Below are positions 21,167-29,958 of a stretch of 64,000 bases of DNA, in pieces; the first letter of the stretch is position 1, and each line of letters starts with the position of its first letter. The stretch comes from Burkholderiales bacterium. GTDB lineage: Bacteria > Pseudomonadota > Gammaproteobacteria > Burkholderiales > SG8-39. A program made the position numbers and the translations under genes. The notes beneath the pieces are model-generated. The model did no database searches. It saw only the letters and a program-made list of their open reading frames with translations, and had not been told where the DNA came from. The stretch is taken from the NCBI GenBank assembly GCA_965279075.1, contig CBDIHI010000007.1, positions 155,870 through 219,869 on the forward strand. The letters are read 5' to 3'.

Positions 21167-22980
21167 CCCCGACATTCGAAGCGCTCATCGAGCGCGACCG
21201 CGTCTATTCGCTCTACCGGCAGGGCTTGCTCACATCGCTCACCGCGCTGATCATAGGTACGCTCGTATTTTCGTTGCTGTGGCAGTCGTTGCCGCAGGTG
21301 TGGCTCTGGACGTGGTTTGCGGCATTCCTTGCCAACCAGGTCGTGCGCATCCTCCTCTGGCGCGGGTTTCATCTGGAGAAACCCGAGGGCGAGCGCGTGG
21401 CGGTCTGGGCCCGCCGCTATACCCTCTGCGTGGCCGCGTGGGGCGTGCTGCTGGGGGGCACTGCGGCCGTCATGCTCCCTTTCGCGGAGCCGCTGGGCCA
21501 GGTTTTCCTGATGATCCTGATCGCGTCCACCGGGGCGGGCGGCGTGATCGCGTATGTGTCCCACCGCCCGGCGATGTTCGCCTACCTGTTTCCCACGCTG
21601 ATACCGATGGGGGTCTCGCTCATCTACATGGCCGCGATCCGCCAGACGTTCGACTACTGCCTGCTGTCGGTCGCGTATGTACTTGCCGTAGTGGTGTTGA
21701 TCGGGTGGGGCCGGATCCAGGCCGAGGTCCTGCGCAAGTCGATCGAATTCGGCCATCGCAACGCGGAGCTCGTCGTCGAGCTGCGCGAGAAAACCGCCAT
21801 CGCCGAACAGGCGAGCCTTGCGAAGTCGAAGTTCTTCGCCGCGGCCAGCCACGACCTGCGCCAACCGCTCCAGGCGCTCGGACTGTTCGCCGCGTCCATG
21901 CATGGGGCCGGCAAGGATGCCGACGAGGAGAGGCGCACGGGGCGGATCCTCGCCAGCGTGGACGCGCTCGAGTCGCTGTTCGACGAGTTGCTGGACATTT
22001 CCAAGCTCGACGCCGGATACGTGGTGCCGGTGCCCGCGCATTTTTCCGCCCGGGAGATGTTCGCGCGCATGGGCGCCGTCTATGCGCCCCTCGCCGAGGA
22101 GGCCGGGCTGGACCTCAAGTTCGACGCATCCGGCGCCGTGCTGCACAGCGATCCCGTGCTGCTGGAGCGGATCGTCGGCAACCTCGTGTCGAACGCGATC
22201 CGCTACACGCCGGCCGGCACGGTGGCGGTGCGCTGCGTGTCGCGCCGGGACAGGGTTGCGATCGAGGTGTCGGATACCGGGGTGGGGATCCCCCTTTCGG
22301 AGCATGACAAGGTGTTCGACGAGTTCTACCAGCTCGGCAACCCGGAGCGCGACCGCAAGAAGGGCCTGGGCCTGGGCCTGGCGACGGTGAGGCGCATGTC
22401 GGCGCTGCTCGGTTGCCCAGTCACGCTGCGGTCGGAACCGGGGCACGGCTCGGTGTTCACGGTGGACGTCCCGGCCGGCGACCCGGCGAAGGCCGTGCCG
22501 GTCGCGACCGAAGCCGTGATCACGGGCGCCGACCTCCTGCGCGGCAAGGTCGTGGCGGTGCTGGATGACGAGCGCGAGGTGAGGGAAGGACTCGTCGAGT
22601 TCCTCACCCAGTGCCAATGCACGGTCGTGGATGCGGGGTCCGCCGCAGAACTGCTCGGGAAGCTCGAAGCGGCGGGCCTTGCCCCGGACGTCATGCTCTC
22701 GGATTTCAGGCTACGCGACCATGAAACGGGCACGGACGCCATAGCGGCGGTGCGGGCGCGGTACGGCGCCGGGCTGCCCGCGCTCCTCATGTCGGGGGAT
22801 ACCTCCGCCCAGGTCTTCGCCCTGGCGCGCGCGGCGAACCTGGCGCTACTGTCCAAGCCGGTGCGCCCGGTGCGGCTGCGGGCGGGGCTGCAGAATGCGC
22901 TGCGGGAGGGCGGTGGAATTTCCTTAAACGGAAATAAAACTCCCTTGATGACCGCTACAGCGCTGGAGAATTCAATTTAA
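21163..22980 (+). CDS. Hybrid sensor histidine kinase/response regulator with a 6-TM N-terminal sensor
   Basis: H-box FFAAASHDLRQPLQAL, G-boxes DTGVGIP and GLGLGLA, and a C-terminal receiver (VMLSDFRLRD). The GTG start overlaps the regulator stop (GTGA). Confidence 0.9.
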   Translation: MTPTFEALIERDRVYSLYRQGLLTSLTALIIGTLVFSLLWQSLPQVWLWTWFAAFLANQVVRILLWRGFHLEKPEGERVAVWARRYTLCVAAWGVLLGGTAAVMLPFAEPLGQVFLMILIASTGAGGVIAYVSHRPAMFAYLFPTLIPMGVSLIYMAAIRQTFDYCLLSVAYVLAVVVLIGWGRIQAEVLRKSIEFGHRNAELVVELREKTAIAEQASLAKSKFFAAASHDLRQPLQALGLFAASMHGAGKDADEERRTGRILASVDALESLFDELLDISKLDAGYVVPVPAHFSAREMFARMGAVYAPLAEEAGLDLKFDASGAVLHSDPVLLERIVGNLVSNAIRYTPAGTVAVRCVSRRDRVAIEVSDTGVGIPLSEHDKVFDEFYQLGNPERDRKKGLGLGLATVRRMSALLGCPVTLRSEPGHGSVFTVDVPAGDPAKAVPVATEAVITGADLLRGKVVAVLDDEREVREGLVEFLTQCQCTVVDAGSAAELLGKLEAAGLAPDVMLSDFRLRDHETGTDAIAAVRARYGAGLPALLMSGDTSAQVFALARAANLALLSKPVRPVRLRAGLQNALREGGGISLNGNKTPLMTATALENSI

Positions 22981-22984
22981 ATGT

Positions 22985-23752
22985 TCATGAATATTGCGCG
23001 GGGTGCAGGGCCAGCGCCGCCCCCGCCAGCGCGTCCCATCCGGACGTATGCCCGATCGCGTCGATGCGCTCGAGGTCGACTTCTCCACCCCCGAGCAGCG
23101 CCACGATCGCATCGTTCACCGCCTCGCCGCACTCGCCTTCGGCCGCGCACGCTAGGTGCGCGTAGCTGATACGGCTGGTCCCGCCTTTCGCCAGCGGCAG
23201 CAACCAGCCTGCAAGGCGCGCTGCGACCTCCGCGCGGCCCGACGCGTGCAGGGCGCACAGCGCGCCGCCGAAGAGGTCGTCGCCCGAAGGCGTGAGCCCG
23301 GGGCCGAGGCCGACCAGCCCGGCCGCGCCAACGGGTGTCCCTACCGGGTGAGCGATCCAGGCGCACAGGGCGTCAACGGCTAGCGGCCGCTCGCGCGAGG
23401 GGTCGAGCAGGTAACCGAAGCCCTCGGGGGGCATGCGGCGCTGCGCCAGGACGCGCAGGCGCTCCAGCGAATCGAGTACGGCTGCGGCATCCCACGCGGG
23501 CGCCGCGCGTGGAAGCCACGGCGTCGCACCCGAGAGGTCGATGTCGAGCGTGTCCCCGGCGGAGAGTGCTGCCGGAAACGAGGCGCAGCTCGCGTTCAGC
23601 GGCCCGTTGCCGACCACGCCGATGCAGGCGAGGCCTGCGGGCGTCTCGACGTAGCAACTGTGCTCGAATACCGCGATGACGTTCGCCTCGCCGGAGGACA
23701 GGGCGGCATGCGCGAACCGTCCGACCGAGCCGACCCTAACCGGCGACGACAT
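22985..23752 (-). CDS. DUF2877 (YlbF-like) protein
   Basis: 255-aa Ala/Gly-rich protein. The call rests on its position overlapping a carbamate kinase gene and on resemblance to E. coli YlbF-type proteins. Confidence 0.65.
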   Translation of the reverse strand: MSSPVRVGSVGRFAHAALSSGEANVIAVFEHSCYVETPAGLACIGVVGNGPLNASCASFPAALSAGDTLDIDLSGATPWLPRAAPAWDAAAVLDSLERLRVLAQRRMPPEGFGYLLDPSRERPLAVDALCAWIAHPVGTPVGAAGLVGLGPGLTPSGDDLFGGALCALHASGRAEVAARLAGWLLPLAKGGTSRISYAHLACAAEGECGEAVNDAIVALLGGGEVDLERIDAIGHTSGWDALAGAALALHPAQYS

Positions 23753-24713
23753 GGGTGCCGGTCTTGCCTTCCAGCGCCGGCAGCGCTTCCTCGAGGTGGG
23801 CGATGATCGCGCGACGGCCGCCGCCCGCGATGAAGGACAGCGCCGCCTCGATTTTCGGTCCCATGCTGCCCTTGCCGAAATGCCCCTCGGCCTGGTAGTC
23901 GCGCAGCTCGCTCGCCTTCACCACGTCGAGGGCGCGCTGGGTGGGTTTGCCGAAATCGACCGACACTTTCGACACGGCCGTGAGGATCATCAGGGTGTCG
24001 ATGCCGAGCTGGTTGGCGAGCAGCGCCGAGGTCAGGTCCTTGTCGATGACCGCCGGGATGCCCTGGTGCGAGCGGTCGGCGCGCTGCACGACGGGAATGC
24101 CGCCGCCGCCCGCGGCGATGACCGCGATGCCCTGGTCGGCGAGCGAGTCGATGAGGTCGATGTCGAGGATCTTGCGCGGCCGCGGGGAGGGCACGATGTA
24201 GCGCCAGCCGCGGCCCGCGTCCTCCATCATGGTCCAGCCGAGCTGCTTCTCGAGGTCGCGCGCCTCCTGCTCGCTGAAGAAGGGGCCGATCGGCTTCGAC
24301 GGGTTGCGGAAGGCGGGGTCGTCGGCGTCGACCTCGACGCGGGTGAGGATGCACGCGACGCGCCGCTCGTGTTCCACGCGCTCCAGTTCGTCCTCCATGC
24401 CCTGCATCATCAGGTGCGCGATGCCGCCCTGGCTGTGCGCGACGCAGACGTCGAGCCGCATCGGCGGCACGTGCTCGCGGGCGTAGTACTGGCGCAGGAG
24501 GATCTTCCCCACCACCGGGCCGTTGCCGTGCGTGAGGATCAGCTTCCTGTCGAGCGTCAGCAGCGGCAGCAGGGATCGGGCCGCGCGCGCGGCGACGATC
24601 TCCTGCTCCTCGGTGGTGCCGCGGATGTTCTCGGGGTGCGTCGCGTTGCCGCCGATGGCGACGACGAGCGACTCAGGCATTCGATCGTGCATGGGTTCCA
24701 TTCTGGCGATCAT
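23736..24713 (-). CDS. arcC: Carbamate kinase
   Basis: Carries VVAIGGNA, THGNGPVVG and IAAGGGGIPV blocks. The true start may be an internal Met (for example MPESLVV at 24680). Confidence 0.9.
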   Translation of the reverse strand: MIARMEPMHDRMPESLVVAIGGNATHPENIRGTTEEQEIVAARAARSLLPLLTLDRKLILTHGNGPVVGKILLRQYYAREHVPPMRLDVCVAHSQGGIAHLMMQGMEDELERVEHERRVACILTRVEVDADDPAFRNPSKPIGPFFSEQEARDLEKQLGWTMMEDAGRGWRYIVPSPRPRKILDIDLIDSLADQGIAVIAAGGGGIPVVQRADRSHQGIPAVIDKDLTSALLANQLGIDTLMILTAVSKVSVDFGKPTQRALDVVKASELRDYQAEGHFGKGSMGPKIEAALSFIAGGGRRAIIAHLEEALPALEGKTGTHVVAG

Positions 24714-24781
24714 AGCAGCGCAACGGTATAATTTTGCGAACCCCCGGCGCGTGCCCGCACGCGCGGCACCACAAGAAGACC

Positions 24782-26206
24782 ATGTCCATCCAGAAGCTGC
24801 TTTCCGGCGTCCCCCGCGTCGTCAATATCGGCCTGTCCGGGTTCGCCGCGGACCTCGCCGCGCAGGGCACGCCGGTGGTCCAGGTCGACTGGCGGCCGCC
24901 CGCCCAGGGAAAAAGGCACCTCGCGGACCTGCTCGCGAAGCTCGCCGCGTTCGAGGATCGCATCGCCGCGGCCAACGCCGAGGCGCTGAAGCGCATGCTC
25001 GCGGCGAACCCGGTGCTGATCGACGTCCAGCCCGCCGGCAAGGTGATCCAGGGCCTGGGGGAGAAAGTGCTGCTGCACGCCGGCCCGCCGATCACCTGGG
25101 AGCGCATGTGCGGCCCGATGCAGGGGGCGGTGGCTGGCGCGATCGTGTTCGAAGGCTGGGCGAACGACCTCGAGGCCGCGACGGCGATGGCCGCGTCCGG
25201 CGGCGTGAAGTTCCACCCGAACCACCATTTCGATGCAGTCGGCCCGATGACGGGGATCACGACGCGATCGATGCCGGTGATGGTCGTCGAGAACAAGGCC
25301 TTCGGCAATCGCGCCTACTGCATGATCAACGAGGGCCTCGGCAAGGTCATGCGCTTCGGCGCCAACGACGCCGAGGTCATCGGGCGCCTGCACTGGCTCG
25401 CGGACAGCTTCGGCCCGGCGCTCGGCGCCGCGTTGCGGTCCGCCGGCGGCCTCGACCTGGTGCCGCTGATCTCGCGCGGCCTCGCGATGGGCGACGAGAT
25501 GCACCAGAGGAACGTGGCGTGCTCGGCGCTCACGCTGCGCGCGTTGGCCCCGCACCTCGCCAAGGCCGGTGCGGACGGCGCGGAGTTGTCGAGGATCCTC
25601 GCCTTCATCGCCGGCAACGAGCAGTTCTTCCTCAACATCGGCATGGTGATGGGGAAAAGCATCATGGACCCGGTGCGCGGCATCGAAGGTTCCAGCGTCG
25701 TCACCGCGATGTGCAGGAACGGCACGGACTTCGGCGTGCGGGTGTCCGGCACCGGAGAGCAGTGGTTCACCGCGCCCGTCGAGATGCCGCAGGGGCTGTA
25801 TTTCCCCGGGTACTCCGAGAAGGACGCCAACCCCGACATGGGCGACTCGGCCATCATGGAGACGGTCGGCGTGGGGGCGTTCGCAATGGCGACGGCCCCC
25901 TCGGTCGTCGGCTTCGTCGGCGCCGGCAGCGTGAAGGACGCGTTCGCCTTCACCAGCGCGATGTCCGAGATCACGCTCGCGAAGAACCCGCGCTGGACCA
26001 TGCCCTGCCTCGACGGCCAGGGCGTGCCCACCGGCATCGACGTGCGCCGCGTGGTCGAGACGGGAATCCAGCCCGCCATCAACACCGGCATCGCGCACCG
26101 CAAGCCCGGGGTCGGGCAGGTGGGCGCGGGCGTGGCGCGCGCGCCGCTGGCGTGCTTCGAGCAGGGGCTCGTCGCCTTGGCCGCGGCGCTGGGGACCAGG
26201 TCATGA
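24782..26206 (+). CDS. DUF1116 (YlbE-like) protein
   Basis: 474-aa ORF starting at MSIQKLL, ATGA-coupled to fdrA. It resembles the E. coli YlbE family. Confidence 0.75.
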   Translation: MSIQKLLSGVPRVVNIGLSGFAADLAAQGTPVVQVDWRPPAQGKRHLADLLAKLAAFEDRIAAANAEALKRMLAANPVLIDVQPAGKVIQGLGEKVLLHAGPPITWERMCGPMQGAVAGAIVFEGWANDLEAATAMAASGGVKFHPNHHFDAVGPMTGITTRSMPVMVVENKAFGNRAYCMINEGLGKVMRFGANDAEVIGRLHWLADSFGPALGAALRSAGGLDLVPLISRGLAMGDEMHQRNVACSALTLRALAPHLAKAGADGAELSRILAFIAGNEQFFLNIGMVMGKSIMDPVRGIEGSSVVTAMCRNGTDFGVRVSGTGEQWFTAPVEMPQGLYFPGYSEKDANPDMGDSAIMETVGVGAFAMATAPSVVGFVGAGSVKDAFAFTSAMSEITLAKNPRWTMPCLDGQGVPTGIDVRRVVETGIQPAINTGIAHRKPGVGQVGAGVARAPLACFEQGLVALAAALGTRS

Positions 26207-27645
26207 GCGTCACGCTGAACCGCGTGCGCCGGGGGTTCTACGCCGATTCGGTGGCGCTGATGCGCATATCGCGCGCGGTGTCGGCGCTCGCCGGCGTGGA
26301 AGAAGCCTCGATGATGATAGGCACGCCTACCAACCGCGACCTGCTGAAAGGCTCGGGATTGCTGGATGCCGAGGGCGAAAAGGCGCAGGCCGACGACCTC
26401 GTCATGGCCGTGCGGGCGAAGGACCGCGCGGCAGCCGAGGCCGCGATCATGGAGGCGGAAAAGCTGCTCGCCGGGGGCCAGGCGAAGGCGGCGCACGGCG
26501 GCGTGACCACCGTGCGGGGATTCGCGTCGGCGCTCGACGCGATGCCTGATGCGACCCTCGCGCTCATCTCCGTGCCGGGCGAGTTCGCCGCGGCCGAGGC
26601 GCGCAGGGCGCTGGAGCGCGGGCTGCACGTGATGATGTTCTCGGACAACGTGTCGATTGCGGACGAGATCGAACTGAAGACGCTCGCGAATGCCAGGGGC
26701 CTCCTGCTGATGGGCCCGGACTGCGGCACCGCGCTGATCCACGGTGTGCCGGTCGCGTTCGCCAACGTGGTGCCACGGGGCGACGTGGGGCTGATCTCCG
26801 CATCGGGCACCGGCCTGCAGGAGGTGGCCTGCCTGCTCGCGCGCGAAGGGCGCGGGATTTCGCACGGCATCGGCGTTGGCGGCCGCGACCTGTCGGAGGA
26901 GGTGGGCGGCCTGATGACGCTTGCCGCTTTCGATGCCCTTGAGGCGGACCCGGCCACGCGCCACATCGCGATCATCTCCAAGCCGCCGGCGAAGAGCGTT
27001 GCCGACCGCATATCGGCGCGGGTGGCGAAGAGCGCGAAGCCCGTCACGCTGTGCCTGCTCGGCGAAGGCGGGATGACCCTCGCTTCGGCGGCGGAGGCCG
27101 TCCTAGGCCGCCCGCTGTCGGGCGGCGCCCTGCCAGAAGCGGGCAAGCGCAAGGGCTGGCTGCGCGGGCTCTACAGCGGCGGCACGCTGTGCAACGAAGC
27201 GCAGATCGTGCTGATGGCCGGCGGGCTCCAGGTGCAGTCGAACGTGCCGGTCCCCGGCGCCGGCGGGACCTCGCGCCTCGAAGTCGAAGCCCACAGCCTG
27301 ATCGACCTCGGCGACGACGAGTACACGCGCGGGCGCCCGCACCCGATGATCGACCCCGAACTGCGCAATGACCTGCTCGCGAAGACGCTGGCCGACCCGG
27401 GGGTGGCGGTGGTGCTGCTCGACGTGGTGATCGGCTATGGCGCGCACGCCGACCCTGCGGGCCTGATCGCCGCCGTCGTCGAAGCCGCGCCTGAGAGCCG
27501 TCCCACGGTCGTGGCCTCGATCACGGGCACCGACGCGGATCCGCAGGGATATGCCCGGCAGGCGTCCCGCTTGCGGGCCGCCGGGGTGCTGGTGGCTGGC
27601 TCGAACGCGCAGGCCGCGGCCCTGGCAGCGCAGGTCGCGGGCTAG
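26203..27645 (+). CDS. fdrA: FdrA-family protein (acyl-CoA synthetase/succinyl-CoA-ligase alpha-like)
   Basis: Carries LALISVPGEFAAAEARRALERGLHVMMFSDNV, GPDCGT and ISASGTGLQE. This resembles the SucD-like CoA-binding and ligase-CoA pattern. Confidence 0.85.
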   Translation: MSVTLNRVRRGFYADSVALMRISRAVSALAGVEEASMMIGTPTNRDLLKGSGLLDAEGEKAQADDLVMAVRAKDRAAAEAAIMEAEKLLAGGQAKAAHGGVTTVRGFASALDAMPDATLALISVPGEFAAAEARRALERGLHVMMFSDNVSIADEIELKTLANARGLLLMGPDCGTALIHGVPVAFANVVPRGDVGLISASGTGLQEVACLLAREGRGISHGIGVGGRDLSEEVGGLMTLAAFDALEADPATRHIAIISKPPAKSVADRISARVAKSAKPVTLCLLGEGGMTLASAAEAVLGRPLSGGALPEAGKRKGWLRGLYSGGTLCNEAQIVLMAGGLQVQSNVPVPGAGGTSRLEVEAHSLIDLGDDEYTRGRPHPMIDPELRNDLLAKTLADPGVAVVLLDVVIGYGAHADPAGLIAAVVEAAPESRPTVVASITGTDADPQGYARQASRLRAAGVLVAGSNAQAAALAAQVAG

Positions 27646-27747
27646 TCCGCCGGGTGGGTGCGGGTGCGGCCCGCTTCCCCTATGTTAAGCTCGCGAAAAA
27701 CAAGGCAGGGGCGCCGTAGCCGGACGCCATAAAACGGGAGTCATAAA

Positions 27748-28140
27748 ATGCGGATCGGATTGCTGGTAGTTGCTGGTGCGGCGTTGCTCGGGTTCCTCGC
27801 CATCGCGGTGGTCCTGCCGCAGATGGAGGGCGGCGAGAGCAGGGATGCCGCGGCGGTCCTCGTTTCGGGCACCAATGCGGCCAAGACCGAAGTCACGGCC
27901 GCCGCCGAGAAGGCCGGCAACCTGGCCGGCGCGGGCGCCAACGTAAAGCTCGCCCCCAAGACCGACCCGAAGTACGGCGAGCTCAAGTGGATCGTCGAGC
28001 CGGGCGGCGTCATCCGCGGCTGGAACGAGAAGAACGCCATCGAGATCGCGATGACCCCGACGCTGGCCGGCGGCAAGGTCGCGTGGTCGTGCAAGGGGTA
28101 CCCGCAGCAGGCGATGCCGGTGACCTGCGGCGGCAAGTAA
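27748..28140 (+). CDS. Pilin-fold protein lacking a prepilin leader (membrane-anchored)
   Basis: The hydrophobic helix LGFLAIAVVLPQ resembles pilin alpha1-N (GILAAIAIPQ). The C-terminal disulfide loop is VAWSCKGYPQQAMPVTCGGK. There is no G/FTLIE site, and an in-frame TAA lies 18 nt upstream of the ATG. Confidence 0.55.
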   Translation: MRIGLLVVAGAALLGFLAIAVVLPQMEGGESRDAAAVLVSGTNAAKTEVTAAAEKAGNLAGAGANVKLAPKTDPKYGELKWIVEPGGVIRGWNEKNAIEIAMTPTLAGGKVAWSCKGYPQQAMPVTCGGK

Positions 28141-28170
28141 GCGCACGGGGTTCGGGCACCCGGAAAGCAA

Positions 28171-28191
28171 GGCGGCCGAGGCCGCCTTTTT
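28171..28191 (+). terminator. Intrinsic terminator (GGCGGCC-GA-GGCCGCC followed by T5)
   Basis: GC hairpin plus a T-run located between the convergent pilin-like and SulP genes. Confidence 0.6.
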
Positions 28192-29957
28192 CATTGCTGC
28201 GCGATGCGGGGTGCGGTGAATTCCGCGGTGAGTTCCTCGGTGCGGGCGATGGCCGCGGGCAGGTGGGGCTGCAGGTTGCCTTCGCCGAGCTTGGCGAGGA
28301 ACCCGCTGCGCTGCATCAGGGACAGCGGCTGGCGGTTCACGTCGCACAGCACCAGCGTGCTGCCGCGGCGCGCCAGCGTCTTCCTGAGCACGTCCAGCGT
28401 ATCCAGGCCGGTGGTATCCACGTTGATCACCTTGTGCAGGTCGAGCACCATCACCTTCGGCGGTTCCGCCCCGTCGTCGGCCTCGATCAGCGTCTCGAGC
28501 TTGCCCACCGCGCCGAAGAAGAGCGACCCGAAGATCCGGTAGGCGACCGCGCCGCGCGGCACCGAAAGGTCCTCGGGCAGCGATGCATCGGTCACCGGCT
28601 CGATCGTCGTGAGGCTCGAGACGCGGTAGATGAAGAACAGCGCCGCGAGCACCATGCCCATCTCCACGGCGACCGTGAGGTCGATGATCACCGTCAGCAG
28701 GAAAGTCGACAGCATCACCGTGCGGTACTGCGGCGAGAACTGCTTCAGGCGCGGGAACTCGCGCCACTCCCCCATGTTCCACGCGACGAACAGCAGGATC
28801 GCGGCGAGGGCGGCGAGCGGCACGCTGGAGGCGAGCGGCGCGGCCACGAGCACGATCGCGAGCAGCGTCAGCGCGTGCACCACGCCGGCGATCGGCGTCT
28901 TGGCCCCGGCGCGGACGTTGGTCGTGGTGCGGGCGATCGTCCCGGTGGCCGGCATGCCGCCGAAGAAGGGCGAAACGAAATTCGCCACGCCCTGCGCCAT
29001 GAGCTCCTGGTTGGGGTCGTGGCGGTCGTCGATCATGCCGTCGGCCACGCGCGCGCAGAGCAGCGACTCGATCGCGCCGAGGAGGGCGATCGTGATCGTC
29101 GGGGCCACCATGTTGCGCGCGGCGTCCCAGGAGAGCTCGGGCAGCACGAACGTCGGCAGGCCGGTGGGGATCCCGCCGAACCGCGAGCCTATGGTCTCGA
29201 CCGGCAGGTTGAGGAACGCCGTCGCCGCGGTGGCAAGCACCAGCGCGATGATGGTGCCGGGCAGGCGGGTCACCAGCTGCAGGCGCCCGCTGGTCGCCGC
29301 GTCGCGCCGCGTTCCGCTGACGAGGCTGCCGAACCGCGGCCACGCGATGATCATCGCGAGCGATGCGAGGCCGAGCGACACCGTGAAGACGTCCGTGGTG
29401 TCGATCGCGTCGATGATCGCGCGCATCGCGTGGATGAAGTCCGCCGGCATCTTCTCGATCTTCAGGCCGAGGAACTCCTTGACCTGCGACAGCGCGATCA
29501 GCACCGCGATGCCGTTGGTGAAGCCGATGATGATGGCCACCGGGATGAAGCGGATCAGCGAGCCGATGCGCGTGAGGCCCATGACGAACAGCAGCACGCC
29601 CGCCATCACGGTGGAGATCATCAGGTTGGCCAGGCCGTGCTGGGCGATGATGCCGTAGACGATCACGATGAACGCGCCGGCCGGGCCGCCGATCTGCACG
29701 CGCGAGCCGCCGAGCAGCGAGATCAGCATGCCGGCCACGATGGCGGTGAAGATGCCGGCCTCGGGCTTGAGGCCCGAGGCGATCGCGAACGCCATCGCCA
29801 GGGGCAGGGCCACCACGCCGACGGTGATGCCGGCGATCAGGTCGGCGGTGAAGGTGGCGCGGTCGTAACCCTTCAGGCAATCGATGAGGCGGGGGCGGAA
29901 CGGGTGCAGCGGCAGGCCGACCTTGCGGCGCTGCGCTGCGGGTTGTTCCCCGGCCAC
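28191..29957 (-). CDS. SulP family inorganic anion (sulfate) permease with a C-terminal STAS domain
   Basis: Carries DLIAGITVGVVALPLAMAFAIASG and polytopic segments. The STAS-like tail has VMVLDLHKVINVDTTGLDTL. Confidence 0.92.
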   Translation of the reverse strand: MAGEQPAAQRRKVGLPLHPFRPRLIDCLKGYDRATFTADLIAGITVGVVALPLAMAFAIASGLKPEAGIFTAIVAGMLISLLGGSRVQIGGPAGAFIVIVYGIIAQHGLANLMISTVMAGVLLFVMGLTRIGSLIRFIPVAIIIGFTNGIAVLIALSQVKEFLGLKIEKMPADFIHAMRAIIDAIDTTDVFTVSLGLASLAMIIAWPRFGSLVSGTRRDAATSGRLQLVTRLPGTIIALVLATAATAFLNLPVETIGSRFGGIPTGLPTFVLPELSWDAARNMVAPTITIALLGAIESLLCARVADGMIDDRHDPNQELMAQGVANFVSPFFGGMPATGTIARTTTNVRAGAKTPIAGVVHALTLLAIVLVAAPLASSVPLAALAAILLFVAWNMGEWREFPRLKQFSPQYRTVMLSTFLLTVIIDLTVAVEMGMVLAALFFIYRVSSLTTIEPVTDASLPEDLSVPRGAVAYRIFGSLFFGAVGKLETLIEADDGAEPPKVMVLDLHKVINVDTTGLDTLDVLRKTLARRGSTLVLCDVNRQPLSLMQRSGFLAKLGEGNLQPHLPAAIARTEELTAEFTAPRIAQQ

Positions 29958-29958
29958 C

